Origin: Fidelibacterota bacterium
GTDB taxonomy: Bacteria; Fidelibacterota; UBA8477; JABMPR01
Assembly (NCBI GenBank): GCA_024278595.1
Contig: JAJRSW010000061.1
Span: 4,225-68,224 of the forward strand
Length of the DNA: 64,000 bases
Direction: 5' to 3'
Part shown: positions 38,375-48,615 of the stretch, one piece after another
Layout: the number at the start of each line of letters is the position of its first letter
Numbering within the stretch: the stretch's first letter is position 1
Position numbers and translations under genes: made by a program
The notes under the pieces: model-generated
Told to the model about the DNA's origin: nothing
Databases searched by the model: none
The model's input: only the letters and a program-made list of their open reading frames with translations

Positions 38375-39715
38375 ATGAGCACACTCAAACGTCAACTGGG
38401 TTTCACGCCCAGCCTTGCTATAATAATCGGAACGGTCATTGGCTCTGGAGTATTTATACAGCTGCCCCTGGTGCAACAGGCGACGGGCAGTTCAGGTTTG
38501 GCTATTATTGCCTGGCTCATTGGCGGGTTGATCTGGCTCCCCCAGATCTTCATCCTTGCCGAAATGGGGACCGCCTATCCTCAACAGGGTTTTGGTTATC
38601 TATATTTACAAAAAGCAGGTAGCCCGGCACTGGCGTTCATCTATGTGTGGACCGTTTTTTGGACATCGGACACACCGTCTATTACCATTCTGGCCATTGC
38701 AGCTGTTGCTGCGCTGGATGTTTTTTTCCCGGCCCTCAGTGATTCCTATCTCACAAAGTTTATTGCGGCTCTTATTATTATGGGGCTTACCTGGGTCCAT
38801 ATTCGAAGTGTAAAGGGCGGCGGTCGTCTGCAATTGGTCCTGACCGTTGTCAAACTATTTCCACTCCTTCTGCTCAGTATTAGCGGTTTTTTCTTTTTTA
38901 ACTCAACAAATCTTTTCATGGTGAGCACCCAGGCCGCAGACAAGTCTTTGTTTGTACTCCTCTCTGCAGGAGTTGCAGCTACCGTATGGAGTTATGCGGG
39001 TTTCCCAAACATTCTCTATATGGCTGGCGAGATAAAAAATCCCGGGAGGACCTTGCCAAAGGCGCTTGTGGTCAGTCTGATCGTTGTGACCCTGGTCTAT
39101 GTGCTGGTTGCTGCTGCTACAGGAGCCCTGATACCCCATGCTGAATTGGTGAAGATCAGTGGCGGTTTTGCCAACCCCTTTAAATATCTGCCCTGGTTTG
39201 CCATTTTTGCAGCTGGATTTCTGGCGGTATCTGCTTTTACGTCTATGGTGGGGGCTACAAATGCCTGTATTATGGTCCAACCCAGGATCGAGTATGCCAT
39301 TGCCCGGGACGGACTCTTTTTTCCAATCTTTGGCAAGCTCCATCCCCGCTTTGGTACACCGGCAAATTCAATCATGATCCAATCCGGTCTGGCTATCATC
39401 ATGATCTTCATCGGTGGTATCGAAGCCCTCATGGGGTATTTCACCCTTTCATATATTTTGCAGAACCTGGTGGTTTATCTGGTGATCTTCTGGCTTCGAA
39501 AACGTGAGGACTATCAACCCACCTACACAAGTCCGGCCTGGAAATTTATGGCGATATTGGCCATCACTTTCCAGATATTACTGTTGTTCGGTACTTTCAG
39601 CGCTTTTCCGCTGGGAGGAATCCTGGCCGCAATAATCCTGATTCTGACCGGTTTACCCATGTACTATTATTTTAAGCACCAACAACTCGGATTATCTCAT
39701 TCCCAGAAAGGCTAA
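38375..39715 (+). CDS. APC-family amino acid permease
   Basis: 446 aa with 12 TM segments. N-terminal LAIIIGTVIGSGVF motif typical of APC transporters. Confidence 0.8.
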   Translation: MSTLKRQLGFTPSLAIIIGTVIGSGVFIQLPLVQQATGSSGLAIIAWLIGGLIWLPQIFILAEMGTAYPQQGFGYLYLQKAGSPALAFIYVWTVFWTSDTPSITILAIAAVAALDVFFPALSDSYLTKFIAALIIMGLTWVHIRSVKGGGRLQLVLTVVKLFPLLLLSISGFFFFNSTNLFMVSTQAADKSLFVLLSAGVAATVWSYAGFPNILYMAGEIKNPGRTLPKALVVSLIVVTLVYVLVAAATGALIPHAELVKISGGFANPFKYLPWFAIFAAGFLAVSAFTSMVGATNACIMVQPRIEYAIARDGLFFPIFGKLHPRFGTPANSIMIQSGLAIIMIFIGGIEALMGYFTLSYILQNLVVYLVIFWLRKREDYQPTYTSPAWKFMAILAITFQILLLFGTFSAFPLGGILAAIILILTGLPMYYYFKHQQLGLSHSQKG

Positions 39716-39718
39716 TTT

Positions 39719-40954
39719 ATGCGTCACTTGCTGCTCCTTATTTTGATCTTTACCAGCCTGAGTTCACTCCTGCCGGCCTGTACCTCGGCAGTAATTAGTG
39801 GTAGGTCGACGGATGATGGCCGGCCCTTGCTGTGGAAACATCGCGACACAGGACACCTGGAGAACAAACTGGTCTTTGCCAAGGGCGCCAGATACGATTT
39901 TGTCGGGGTGGCTAATACCTCCGATACCCTTTCCCGACAGATCTGGATGGGAGCTAACAGTGTGGGCTTAGCCATCATGAATACGGCCTCGTACAATCTC
40001 AATGAGGGTCAGGTATGTGATGTGCCTGATGACCAGGAAGGTCTCTTTATGCGGGCCGTGCTGGAACATTGTTCCGATTTGAATGATTTTGAGACCTTTA
40101 TGGACACCTCCTCAGGGCGCTGGGGCCTGGCAGCAAATTTTGGGGTCATCGATGCCAAAGGGGGCGCCGCTTATTACGAGAAAGGGTATTTCGACTATAC
40201 TAAATATGATGTGACTGATCCTGAAATTGCCCCTGATGGTTATCTTATTCGGACCAATTTTTCGATCTCCGGTGTTGAGGATAAGGGGTCCGGATTTATC
40301 AGGTATGGGGTCACGACTGAGCTCTTTCAGCAACAGGAAGCTATTTCGGTTGAATTCATGTTGGAAGCAGCAACGCGCAATCTAAAACATGGCCTCATGG
40401 GCAATGACCTGCGGGCTGAACCGCTACCAGCTGATTCGCATGATGAGCGATTCGTGCTTTTCCAGGATTATGTGGTGCGTCAGGCCAGTGCTTCCACGCT
40501 ATTGATCCAGGGTGTCCTCCCCACAGAAGATCCGCTACTCACAACGCTCTGGACCATTCTGGGTTGGCAGCCCGTAACCCTGGTGACGCCGGTCTGGGTT
40601 CGATCGACTGGTCTGTTGCCAGAATATCTGGTTTCCAGGGACGGAGCGCCTGCGCCACTCAATGCGGTAGCATTAGCTTTGAAGGCGCAGTGCTTTCCCG
40701 TTGAGCGGGGCAATGGCCAGGACTATTTGGCGCATTCGAAACTCACCAACCGCGCAGGCGATGGGATCCTCGACCTGATCCTGCCTGCCGAGAGATCGAT
40801 CATCTCTAAAACGTTTAAGTTACAGCAGAAATGGCGCAAAAAAGGGACCAGGGATAGAGATCTGAAGAGATTCAACAATTGGATGGAGGCATATATTCGT
40901 GATTTTTATCGAAATAAATTAAATCAGGATATTGCTGGTCCGGAAGAATATTAG
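39719..40954 (+). CDS. Secreted Ntn-hydrolase, peptidase C69 (dipeptidase)-like
   Basis: Signal peptide followed directly by CTSAVISGRSTDDGRPLLWKHRD (an N-terminal nucleophile Cys; cf. C69 CTT...DGS...RNED). The start lies 4 nt after the permease stop. Confidence 0.5.
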   Translation: MRHLLLLILIFTSLSSLLPACTSAVISGRSTDDGRPLLWKHRDTGHLENKLVFAKGARYDFVGVANTSDTLSRQIWMGANSVGLAIMNTASYNLNEGQVCDVPDDQEGLFMRAVLEHCSDLNDFETFMDTSSGRWGLAANFGVIDAKGGAAYYEKGYFDYTKYDVTDPEIAPDGYLIRTNFSISGVEDKGSGFIRYGVTTELFQQQEAISVEFMLEAATRNLKHGLMGNDLRAEPLPADSHDERFVLFQDYVVRQASASTLLIQGVLPTEDPLLTTLWTILGWQPVTLVTPVWVRSTGLLPEYLVSRDGAPAPLNAVALALKAQCFPVERGNGQDYLAHSKLTNRAGDGILDLILPAERSIISKTFKLQQKWRKKGTRDRDLKRFNNWMEAYIRDFYRNKLNQDIAGPEEY

Positions 40955-41074
40955 TCCTTCCGGGGCGCATCAGTTTTTTTATAATAACCCCTAGTTAGGT
41001 GTGAACAAAATATTAATAATGAGTGGCTGGAGAAGCATTAGCATTTTGCATAATATATACCGGAACCGATTGCT

Positions 41075-41488
41075 GTGGTTGTTGCTAAACATTATCGCCG
41101 TGACCTTGATTGCAGCCTTAAATATCTGATAGCACTGGCGCTGACAGCTGCCTTGGTGTATGCTGTGAACCGCTGGTTTATCATTCCCCAGGCCAATAGC
41201 CCGGACTTTTTCCGGGAATATCTGGGTGATATCCTCGCCCTGCCAGTCTATCTGCCCCTCTCATTCTATCTGGCCCTAAAATTGGATATTGTGTCCCCTG
41301 ATCTGGAATTGGGAATCGGTCATATTGTTGGGGCTGTGCTGATATTTAGTGTGATATTTGAAGGTGTGGTGCCGCTCATCGATAAATCTTCAACCAGCGA
41401 TATTTGGGATATTTTAGCTTATTTTGGGGGCGGTCTGATCGTTTATCTGGTTAGTAGAACAGGTCGGACGAAGGTAGGTTCTAAATAA
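41075..41488 (+). CDS. Small integral membrane protein, unknown function
   Basis: 137 aa with four predicted TM helices. Confidence 0.45.
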   Translation: MVVAKHYRRDLDCSLKYLIALALTAALVYAVNRWFIIPQANSPDFFREYLGDILALPVYLPLSFYLALKLDIVSPDLELGIGHIVGAVLIFSVIFEGVVPLIDKSSTSDIWDILAYFGGGLIVYLVSRTGRTKVGSK

Positions 41489-41540
41489 ATTAGCTGAGAT
41501 TCCGGGCAATCAAAAAAAATTAGAATCCAGGAGTAAGATC

Positions 41541-42323
41541 ATGCGACCCTATTTATTGGCAGAGAGCAACTGGAAGCAAGTGAGAGAGCAGGAGGTTGAG
41601 CTGGTGATCCTGCCCTGGGGGGCTACTGAGGCTCATAATTTTCACCTGCCTTATGCAACTGATATCATTGAGTCTGATCATCTGGCAGCTGAAGCGGCCC
41701 GTCTGGCTTATGAGCAGGGGGCCAAGGTAATGGTCTTGCCAACCATTCCCTTTGGCGTGAATACGGGTCAAACCGAGATCACACTGGATATCAATCTAAA
41801 CCCAAGCACTCTGATGGCTATTGTTGGGGATGTTCTGGATACATTGGATCGTCAGGGAATCCGCAAATTTCTGATCTTCAACTCCCATGGGGGGAATGAT
41901 TTCAAACCGATCCTGCGTGAGTTGGGTCTCCAGTATCCGGCTATGTTTCTGGCTTTCACCAATTGGTACTCAATTCTGGATAAACGCCAGTACTTCAGCC
42001 ATGATGGTGATCATGCTGATGAAATGGAAACAGCTCTGCTGCTGCACTTGAGACCTGACCTGGTAAGACCATTAGTTGAAGCGGGTCCCGGCAAGGAAAA
42101 TAAAATCAAGATCACAGGCATCCGGGAGGGCTGGGCCTGGACGGAGCGCAAATGGGATCTGGCTACGGCAGATACCGGTATTGGTGATCCACGTCAAGCC
42201 ACTGCAGAAAAGGGCGAAGCCTATTTTAGTAAAGTCACCAGCAAATTGGCAGATCTTTTTATTGAGATCACAGAGATAGATAGCTCTAATCTATATGAGA
42301 ACCAGCCTGTGTGTGATATCTGA
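41541..42323 (+). CDS. Creatininase-family amidohydrolase
   Basis: LPWGATEAHNFHLPYATD and FNSHGGN motifs of creatinine amidohydrolase family. Confidence 0.8.
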   Translation: MRPYLLAESNWKQVREQEVELVILPWGATEAHNFHLPYATDIIESDHLAAEAARLAYEQGAKVMVLPTIPFGVNTGQTEITLDINLNPSTLMAIVGDVLDTLDRQGIRKFLIFNSHGGNDFKPILRELGLQYPAMFLAFTNWYSILDKRQYFSHDGDHADEMETALLLHLRPDLVRPLVEAGPGKENKIKITGIREGWAWTERKWDLATADTGIGDPRQATAEKGEAYFSKVTSKLADLFIEITEIDSSNLYENQPVCDI

Positions 42324-42673
42324 TCTATCAGAGCCTAATACCAATTACACTTCCAACTGGCACCTAACTTCTGCATCTTTTTCCGTTTCTCTTTATCCCG
42401 ACAAACCTTGTGCCCAGCCAGGAAGTATTGAAGACCTGGCGGGACTCGACAAACGAAAAAATAGTTCGAGTTTAGGGTATCATTTTGAAATGAAGTTGGT
42501 ATAAGGCCATGGGATTGGCTGGGGCTTTCCCGCCAATTTGATCTTTAATTATTTAGCTTCGGTTAATTAGCTAGAGGTGTTGTACTTGGGGTGACAACGG
42601 ACCAGGGAGCGGGAAGTAGAAACCTCCTCCTGGAGGCGCCGGCCGGCGTGGCTTCCCGGGAAACTAAATTGGG

Positions 42674-43075
42674 TTAAAAGGGAACTTCCTCCTCGTTTTC
42701 GGCAACGGCAACCGGATCTTTTTCACCATTGCCTTTTTTCCAGCCGCCCAGCATGGTCAATTTCTCCGCGATGATCTCGGTTCTGAAGTGGCGTTTTTCT
42801 TCTTTATCCTCCCAGGACTGGGTCTGAATACGCCCTTCCACATAGATCAAAGCGCCTTTTTTAACATAGTTCTCGGCAAACTCAGCGATCTTGCCAAAAA
42901 TGACAACCCGATGCCATTCCGTTGTATCTTCAAAATCTCCTTTGCCGTTTTTACGGGCTTCTGTGGTAGCCACGCTGAGGTTGGCAATGGCCAATCCCTT
43001 GGTGGTGTACTTCATTTCGGCATCGCTGCCGGTGTTTCCAACTAATAGCACTTTGTTTACGCTATTGCGTTGCAT
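42674..43075 (-). CDS. ssb: Single-stranded DNA-binding protein
   Basis: OB-fold core NKVLLVGNTGSDAEMKYT...TEWHRVVIFGKIAE and an acidic tail ending EEVPF. The start is MQRNSVNK; the ORF-track extension to 43177 is not supported. Confidence 0.85.
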   Translation of the reverse strand: MQRNSVNKVLLVGNTGSDAEMKYTTKGLAIANLSVATTEARKNGKGDFEDTTEWHRVVIFGKIAEFAENYVKKGALIYVEGRIQTQSWEDKEEKRHFRTEIIAEKLTMLGGWKKGNGEKDPVAVAENEEEVPF

Positions 43076-43236
43076 AAGACCTCCTTTTGTTGGGTTTGAT
43101 TGGGTTAATAATAGGAGCGGGAAACCCCTTATGCAAGAACAAAAACGACAGTATTGATAATATATTAAAACTATCATAATATATTACATCAAGCAAACCC
43201 AACAATAAGTGTTGGATGCTCAGTTTTTTAAAATAA

Positions 43237-43256
43237 GTTAGTGAGCGATAACTAAC
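43237..43256. promoter_or_regulatory. Putative TetR operator (inverted repeat GTTAGT-n8-ACTAAC) immediately upstream of tetR
   Basis: GTTAGTGAGCGATAACTAAC. A related half-site AAGTTAGTGATTAATAAC occurs at 43866-43881, upstream of the MMPL gene. Confidence 0.5.
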
Positions 43257-43268
43257 GAAAGGCGATGC

Positions 43269-43844
43269 ATGCAGTCAGTATATACAAAAAGACAACTCCA
43301 GATCATTCACACTGCAGTGGAACTAATTGCAGCAGGGGGGATGTCCTCACTAACCATGAATCATATTGCTGCTAAAATAGCTGTGACAGAACCAGCCCTT
43401 TATCGTCACTTTAAGAGTAAGAAGGAAATCCTCGAGGGTGTCATCAATCTGCTGCGCCACAGTGGTCAAGTTCCAAATACAGCGGGCAAATCAGGTTGGG
43501 AGCTCATCGAAAGCACCATGCAAAGTCGAATCGCCAGCTTTAGCGAAACACCGGGGCTAGCAGCAATTATTTTTTCTGAAGAAATTTTTTCAGGGGACAA
43601 TGATCTGTCGCAACAGGTAAACGCCATGATGAGCGAGACCCTGGAGCGGTTCATCACAGTCATACGCTTAGCTCAGCGAGATGGAACGGTACGTCAGGAC
43701 ATACAAGCCGAGCAAATTGCCTTAATGGTCATTGGGTCGTTTCGGTTTTTAGTTACCCAATGGCATTTATTTGATAATAATTTTGATCTTAGCAAACGGG
43801 GAACAGCTCTTTTTGCAGATCTTAGAAAACTACTATCCGTCTAA
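43269..43844 (+). CDS. TetR/AcrR-family transcriptional regulator
   Basis: N-terminal HTH LTMNHIAAKIAVTEPALYRHFKSK. 191 aa. Confidence 0.85.
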   Translation: MQSVYTKRQLQIIHTAVELIAAGGMSSLTMNHIAAKIAVTEPALYRHFKSKKEILEGVINLLRHSGQVPNTAGKSGWELIESTMQSRIASFSETPGLAAIIFSEEIFSGDNDLSQQVNAMMSETLERFITVIRLAQRDGTVRQDIQAEQIALMVIGSFRFLVTQWHLFDNNFDLSKRGTALFADLRKLLSV

Positions 43845-43865
43845 TAAATTTTTGTATAATATTAA

Positions 43866-43881
43866 GTTAGTGATTAATAAC
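43866..43881. promoter_or_regulatory. Second putative TetR operator half-site upstream of the MMPL transporter gene
   Basis: AAGTTAGTGATTAATAAC shares AAGTTAGTGA...TAAC with the site at 43237. Confidence 0.4.
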
Positions 43882-43894
43882 AAACGGAGTCAAT

Positions 43895-46180
43895 ATGAAA
43901 ACACTAAGAGATAAAATCCTGGATCACCCCTACCTGGTTATGGCCGTGATCCTGATCATAACCATCTTTTTCTTTAAGCAGATTAAAGACAAAGGTCGCA
44001 TGGAAACAGACCTTGATAAATACATGCCCCACAATCATCCGGCCTTTGTCTATAGTGATGCAGCTGAGGAAATGTTCGATATCAAAGATGGAATCATCAT
44101 CGCCATTGAACATCCGGAATCGGTATATAACCCGGAAACCCTGCAGAAAATCAAGGATATCACCAAGGCACTGCAAAAAATGGATGAGATCCATAAGGCC
44201 GATGTAACATCCCTGTATACCGCTGACAATATTATTGGCACTGAAGCAGGAATGGATGTTAAAGCCTTCTATAAACGGGTGCCAAAAGCTGAAAAACTTG
44301 CTGCCCTGCGTCAGGAAGTGGCCGGAAATGATATGGTGGCAGGTCGGCTCATCTCAGAAGATGAAACGGTTGCAGTGATTATTGCCAGAATCGATGATGA
44401 TGTCTTTACCCAGGATTTTTATAAAGCAATAATTGATCTGGGGGTAAGCTTTGAAGGCCCAGAAAAAGTTTATGTTGCCGGTAGTCCAATAGTTGAAGGT
44501 ACCATGGCTTTACTGGGACCGGCAGATATGAAACGGATGGTTCCGGTGGTAATTTTGGTAATCATTTTAGTGCTTCTCGGTGTTTTAAAAAGCTTTAAGA
44601 GTACTCTGTTCACCTTCCTCGTGGTTGCCATAAGTTCAGTGTGGACGTTTGGTCTGATGGCACTCGTTGGTGTCCCGACCTATGCAGTATCAACCATGAT
44701 ACCAGTAATGCTGATCGCCATTGGAGTTGCCGATGGGATTCATTTTTACAGCCATCTGGGAATTTTCCTCAAGAAAAACCCTGGAACTGAAAAGTTGGTG
44801 GCCGTCAAGGATATGCTGCATGGAATGTGGAAGCCGATTGTCATGACATCTGTCACAACGGCAGTTGGTTTTATCTCCCTACTCACCTCACAGGTTTACC
44901 CGATTGAATACTTTGGCCTGTTCACGGCTTTTGGAGTTTTGGCAGCCATGTTGCTGACACTGGTGCTCATTCCAGCCGGGATCATGGCCTTTAATCTTCC
45001 TAAGTTGAGCGTAAAAGGTGCAGCTCACAATTCTGCCGTGGCTGATAAGTTTTCAGCAGCACTACTTTCACAGAAAAAGCTGACCTGGCTGGTAACGTTA
45101 GCCCTGGTGATGGTTTCTGTGTGGGGCATTAATAAAGTTTGGATTAACTCCAGTTTCCTGGACAAGTTCGAATCAGATTCAGATATTGTGCAAACAGATA
45201 CCTTTATCAATGCCAAGTTTGGTGGTACCTCAACCATTAATGTCATTCTGGAAACTGAAGTGGCTGGAAAATTCAAACATTCAGATATTTTGACACTTGT
45301 TGATAAAATGCAGGATGATGTTGAAGCCTTAGCTATGGTTGGCAGCTCTTTCGCGCTTACCGATTACCTGAAACGCATGAACATGGTCATGAACGCAGAT
45401 GATGAGGCGTTCAATACCATCCCGGACAACGCAGAACTCAATGCCCAGTATCTACTTCTGTATGAGATGTCAGGCGATCCTGAGAATTTATGGAGAGTGA
45501 CCGACTACGATTATCGTCGTCTTAATGTGACATTCCAGGTCAAGAGTGATAACTCTAAGGTCATAAATGACGTCTTAGACCGGATTGAGACTTATCGTAC
45601 ACCATTGGCTGAGATGGGAGTTGAGCTGAATTATGCTGGCTCGGGATACAAAGCTCTGATATTTACAGACTTGATCCTGGAGGGTCAAATCAGGAGTCTC
45701 GTGCTCTCCCTGGTCATCATTGTAAGCTTATTAGGATACATGTTTAAAACCATTAAGGCTGGATTAGTTGGTAGTTTTCCCATCGTGATCACCGCCCTCA
45801 TTGGGTTTGGAGTCCTGGGAGTCTTTAATATCCCACTGAGTACAACCACAGCCCTGCTTTCCAGTATCACGATTGGAATTGGAATCGACTATGCGGTTCA
45901 CTTTCTGGATAGATACCGTCTGAATAGACAAGCTGGTTTGGCCATGGAGAAAGCTGTGTCAGAAACCATGGACCATTCAGGACGAGCCATTGTCTTCAAT
46001 GCCGTTGTAGTCATTGCCGGTTTTATGGTCTTATTAGCATCTGTGTTCCCACCAAACCGGGCCTTGGGAGCCTTGGTCTCATTAAATATGTTTATCAGTT
46101 TTGTAGGGACCTTGACAGTTATGGTTCTATTGGTTGTTAAATCCGACTTATTCAACCCAAATGATAGAGGTGTAAAATGA
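43895..46180 (+). CDS. MMPL/RND-superfamily exporter (HpnN-like, sterol-sensing-domain type)
   Basis: 761 aa with 12 TM segments in a 1+5 / 1+5 arrangement with two periplasmic loops, the MMPL pattern. Confidence 0.8.
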   Translation: MKTLRDKILDHPYLVMAVILIITIFFFKQIKDKGRMETDLDKYMPHNHPAFVYSDAAEEMFDIKDGIIIAIEHPESVYNPETLQKIKDITKALQKMDEIHKADVTSLYTADNIIGTEAGMDVKAFYKRVPKAEKLAALRQEVAGNDMVAGRLISEDETVAVIIARIDDDVFTQDFYKAIIDLGVSFEGPEKVYVAGSPIVEGTMALLGPADMKRMVPVVILVIILVLLGVLKSFKSTLFTFLVVAISSVWTFGLMALVGVPTYAVSTMIPVMLIAIGVADGIHFYSHLGIFLKKNPGTEKLVAVKDMLHGMWKPIVMTSVTTAVGFISLLTSQVYPIEYFGLFTAFGVLAAMLLTLVLIPAGIMAFNLPKLSVKGAAHNSAVADKFSAALLSQKKLTWLVTLALVMVSVWGINKVWINSSFLDKFESDSDIVQTDTFINAKFGGTSTINVILETEVAGKFKHSDILTLVDKMQDDVEALAMVGSSFALTDYLKRMNMVMNADDEAFNTIPDNAELNAQYLLLYEMSGDPENLWRVTDYDYRRLNVTFQVKSDNSKVINDVLDRIETYRTPLAEMGVELNYAGSGYKALIFTDLILEGQIRSLVLSLVIIVSLLGYMFKTIKAGLVGSFPIVITALIGFGVLGVFNIPLSTTTALLSSITIGIGIDYAVHFLDRYRLNRQAGLAMEKAVSETMDHSGRAIVFNAVVVIAGFMVLLASVFPPNRALGALVSLNMFISFVGTLTVMVLLVVKSDLFNPNDRGVK

Positions 46181-46944
46181 AAAACTTAAAATTTATAAGT
46201 ATAATATTGATTCTTAGTGGAGTCCTGTTTGGTCAAACACCAAATGGCTTGGAGATCATTGAAAAGACCTATAACCGCCCAACCAGTAAAACTCTGGAGG
46301 CCAATCTTACCATGGTTCTGGAAAACGCCAGAGGTGTACAGCGGGTGCGTGAGATCAAGCAGTTCACCAAGGACTTTGGTGAGGTAGAGAAGAAACTCAT
46401 GATCTTTCGAAAGCCTAAAGATGTTAAGAATACCACCTTCATGAATTGGAGTTTTGATGATGGAAGGGAAGATCAGTGGATCTATCTGCCAGCTCTGAAG
46501 AAGATCAAGCGCATCTCCAGTGATAGTGACAGTGATTATTTCATGGGCTCTGATTTTACCTATGATGACCTGGGTGATCGCCACCCTTCAGAAGATACTC
46601 ACAGGCTAATCGGTGAAGAAACTATTGACGGTAATGATTGCTATATCGTTGAGAGTATTCCATTGGATGAAGAGAATATGTACTCAAAAACGGTTACCTG
46701 GATTATTAAGGATAAATGGATCGGCTACAAAAAGGAGTTTTATGATGAGGATGAAGAATTCTTAAAACAACTCAATCTCGTGAAGTACGAAGAGTTTGAC
46801 AAGGTTATAGTACTCAGCGAAGTGAAAATGAAGAATGAGCAAAACGGCCATAGTACTATCATGCGTCTCAGCGATCTGGTTATCAATAAAACTATTGCTG
46901 ACAACATGTTCACAGAAAGAATGATGAAGCGGGGATTAAGATAG
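46177..46944 (+). CDS. Outer-membrane lipoprotein-sorting (LolA-like) protein associated with MMPL transporters
   Basis: Signal peptide. 255 aa. Start overlaps the MMPL stop (ATGA). Matches the LolA_like family usually encoded next to MMPL exporters. Confidence 0.6.
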   Translation: MKNLKFISIILILSGVLFGQTPNGLEIIEKTYNRPTSKTLEANLTMVLENARGVQRVREIKQFTKDFGEVEKKLMIFRKPKDVKNTTFMNWSFDDGREDQWIYLPALKKIKRISSDSDSDYFMGSDFTYDDLGDRHPSEDTHRLIGEETIDGNDCYIVESIPLDEENMYSKTVTWIIKDKWIGYKKEFYDEDEEFLKQLNLVKYEEFDKVIVLSEVKMKNEQNGHSTIMRLSDLVINKTIADNMFTERMMKRGLR

Positions 46945-47033
46945 TTTGTGAGTTGCTTGAGTCTTGCTGAGACTGACTGACAAGGTGTAGACTCGAAGCG
47001 TGATACTCTAAAACAAGGGATTGAGGTAGATCA

Positions 47034-48275
47034 ATGGTAAAAATAATATTAGCTGTAACAATACTGATCAGTGGTGCATTTGCCCAAGTAGAGGTGGGTG
47101 GGTATGCTCGTAATTATATCGGTGTATTAACTGGAGGTGACCAGGAATATGCCATCATCCAAAACACTTTCGACCTGACCTTCTCTGGAGGTAGTGGGAA
47201 TGTAAGCTATTTTGCAAATCCCTATATTTATGAATCACCAGGTAGTGATCTTAATTTTGATCTTCGAGAGGTTTACCTCGATATATTTTTTACAAATACT
47301 GACATACGAATTGGTAAACAGCAGATAATCTGGGGCAAGGGTGACGGTGTGTTTATTACCGATATCGTCTCGCCAAAAGATTTAAATGAATTCCTACTTC
47401 CTGATTTTGATGAGATTCGTACGGGGATCACAGCCCTTAAATTAAACAGGTATGTGGGCGACCAGACGATTGAGCTGGTCTACATTCCCGCTTTTACAGC
47501 AACCGTATTTCCAGCTGCGTCTTCGATCTGGTCTCGAACTCCGGTTTTTCCAATGGCAGTCAGCTATGATTACTCCCAAAAAACAGTTCCTGCCACTTTG
47601 GAAAATAGTGAAGTGTTTTTAAAACTGTCAGGTATTGTTTCATTTATGGATTATGAACTCATGGCTGGCTACATGTGGGACGATGATCCGACTATGCACG
47701 TCACACCAACATTTGATCTGGGCGTTATCACCAGTGTCACACTCACTCCTCAGCACCACCGTCTGGGGGTAGGCGGGGGAAGCTTTAGTACCGAGTTAGC
47801 TGGGATGGTCTTCCGGGGAGAGGGTGCCTATTATCAGGGTAAACAGTTCTCTGCCACAAATGCCCTGGGTCTGGCGGCAGACCTGTTAGAGAAAGATTAT
47901 ATTCACTACCTGCTGGGTGTAGATTTCTCAATTGGTTCAACTCGCTTTAGCAGTCAATTCATCCAACAAGCCATCATGGATTATGCTGCGGCTATTGTTC
48001 AGGAAGAGGCTGTGAATACCATGACCTTGCTGGCTAATCGTACTTTTCTACGTGAAACGATCACCGCTCAACTATTTGCTTATGTCGGTCTGAATAAATA
48101 TGATGCTCTGATCCGGCCAAGCCTGACTTATGATTTTGCAGATGGATTTGAAATTTTGGCTGGTGCTAATATCTTTGTTAAAGATGGTGATATTGCGGAG
48201 GATGATGACCCCGGTCAGTTTGGGTACTTTGATGATAATGATATGCTTTACCTGAAAGTGAAATACAGTTTTTGA
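47034..48275 (+). CDS. Outer-membrane beta-barrel protein (DUF1302-like), fourth gene of the TetR-MMPL module
   Basis: Signal peptide. Alternating beta-strand pattern. C-terminal ...KVKYSF with terminal Phe. Confidence 0.55.
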   Translation: MVKIILAVTILISGAFAQVEVGGYARNYIGVLTGGDQEYAIIQNTFDLTFSGGSGNVSYFANPYIYESPGSDLNFDLREVYLDIFFTNTDIRIGKQQIIWGKGDGVFITDIVSPKDLNEFLLPDFDEIRTGITALKLNRYVGDQTIELVYIPAFTATVFPAASSIWSRTPVFPMAVSYDYSQKTVPATLENSEVFLKLSGIVSFMDYELMAGYMWDDDPTMHVTPTFDLGVITSVTLTPQHHRLGVGGGSFSTELAGMVFRGEGAYYQGKQFSATNALGLAADLLEKDYIHYLLGVDFSIGSTRFSSQFIQQAIMDYAAAIVQEEAVNTMTLLANRTFLRETITAQLFAYVGLNKYDALIRPSLTYDFADGFEILAGANIFVKDGDIAEDDDPGQFGYFDDNDMLYLKVKYSF

Positions 48276-48615
48276 TATGGAGCTAAAATGTAAGTATAGC
48301 GCGCGCGGAGTACGTAGAGTAAATCAAGCAACAGCTATGCGGTCACCACCCCTTTGGAGTAACGAATTAAGATTTCCTAAGTAAAGAGATCTGCCTGGTC
48401 TTTCCCGGGAAGAGCAGCGACCGCCCCCCCTTGAAGGCAATCTATTGGAATCAATATGGATTCTTGGCGGAGCCAGACCTGAGCAAGAGCCTCAGAGGTT
48501 ATGGATGGGAACTCACGGAAGAGCAGCTCTATTTTTAAAGACAAGGTATGGTTGACATCCTAGCAAGTTGCCAATTGATATTATTTAGTATATGCATACG
48601 AGGGGTCTATAGCTG

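Noticed and set aside
42324-42673. Possibility that the GC-rich block is RNase P RNA, tmRNA or SRP RNA
   Set aside because: I could not find the conserved GGAAAGUCCGG / ACAGAACCCGGCUUA (RNase P), GGGGCUGAUUCUGGAUUCGACGGG / GGUUCGAUUCC...CCA (tmRNA) or GUCCGGAAGGAAGCAGC (SRP) blocks on either strand.
43076-43177. N-terminal extension of ssb (MIVLIYYQYCRFCSC...)
   Set aside because: SSB homology starts at MQRNSVNKVLLVGN. The extension is hydrophobic or Cys-rich with no counterpart in SSBs.
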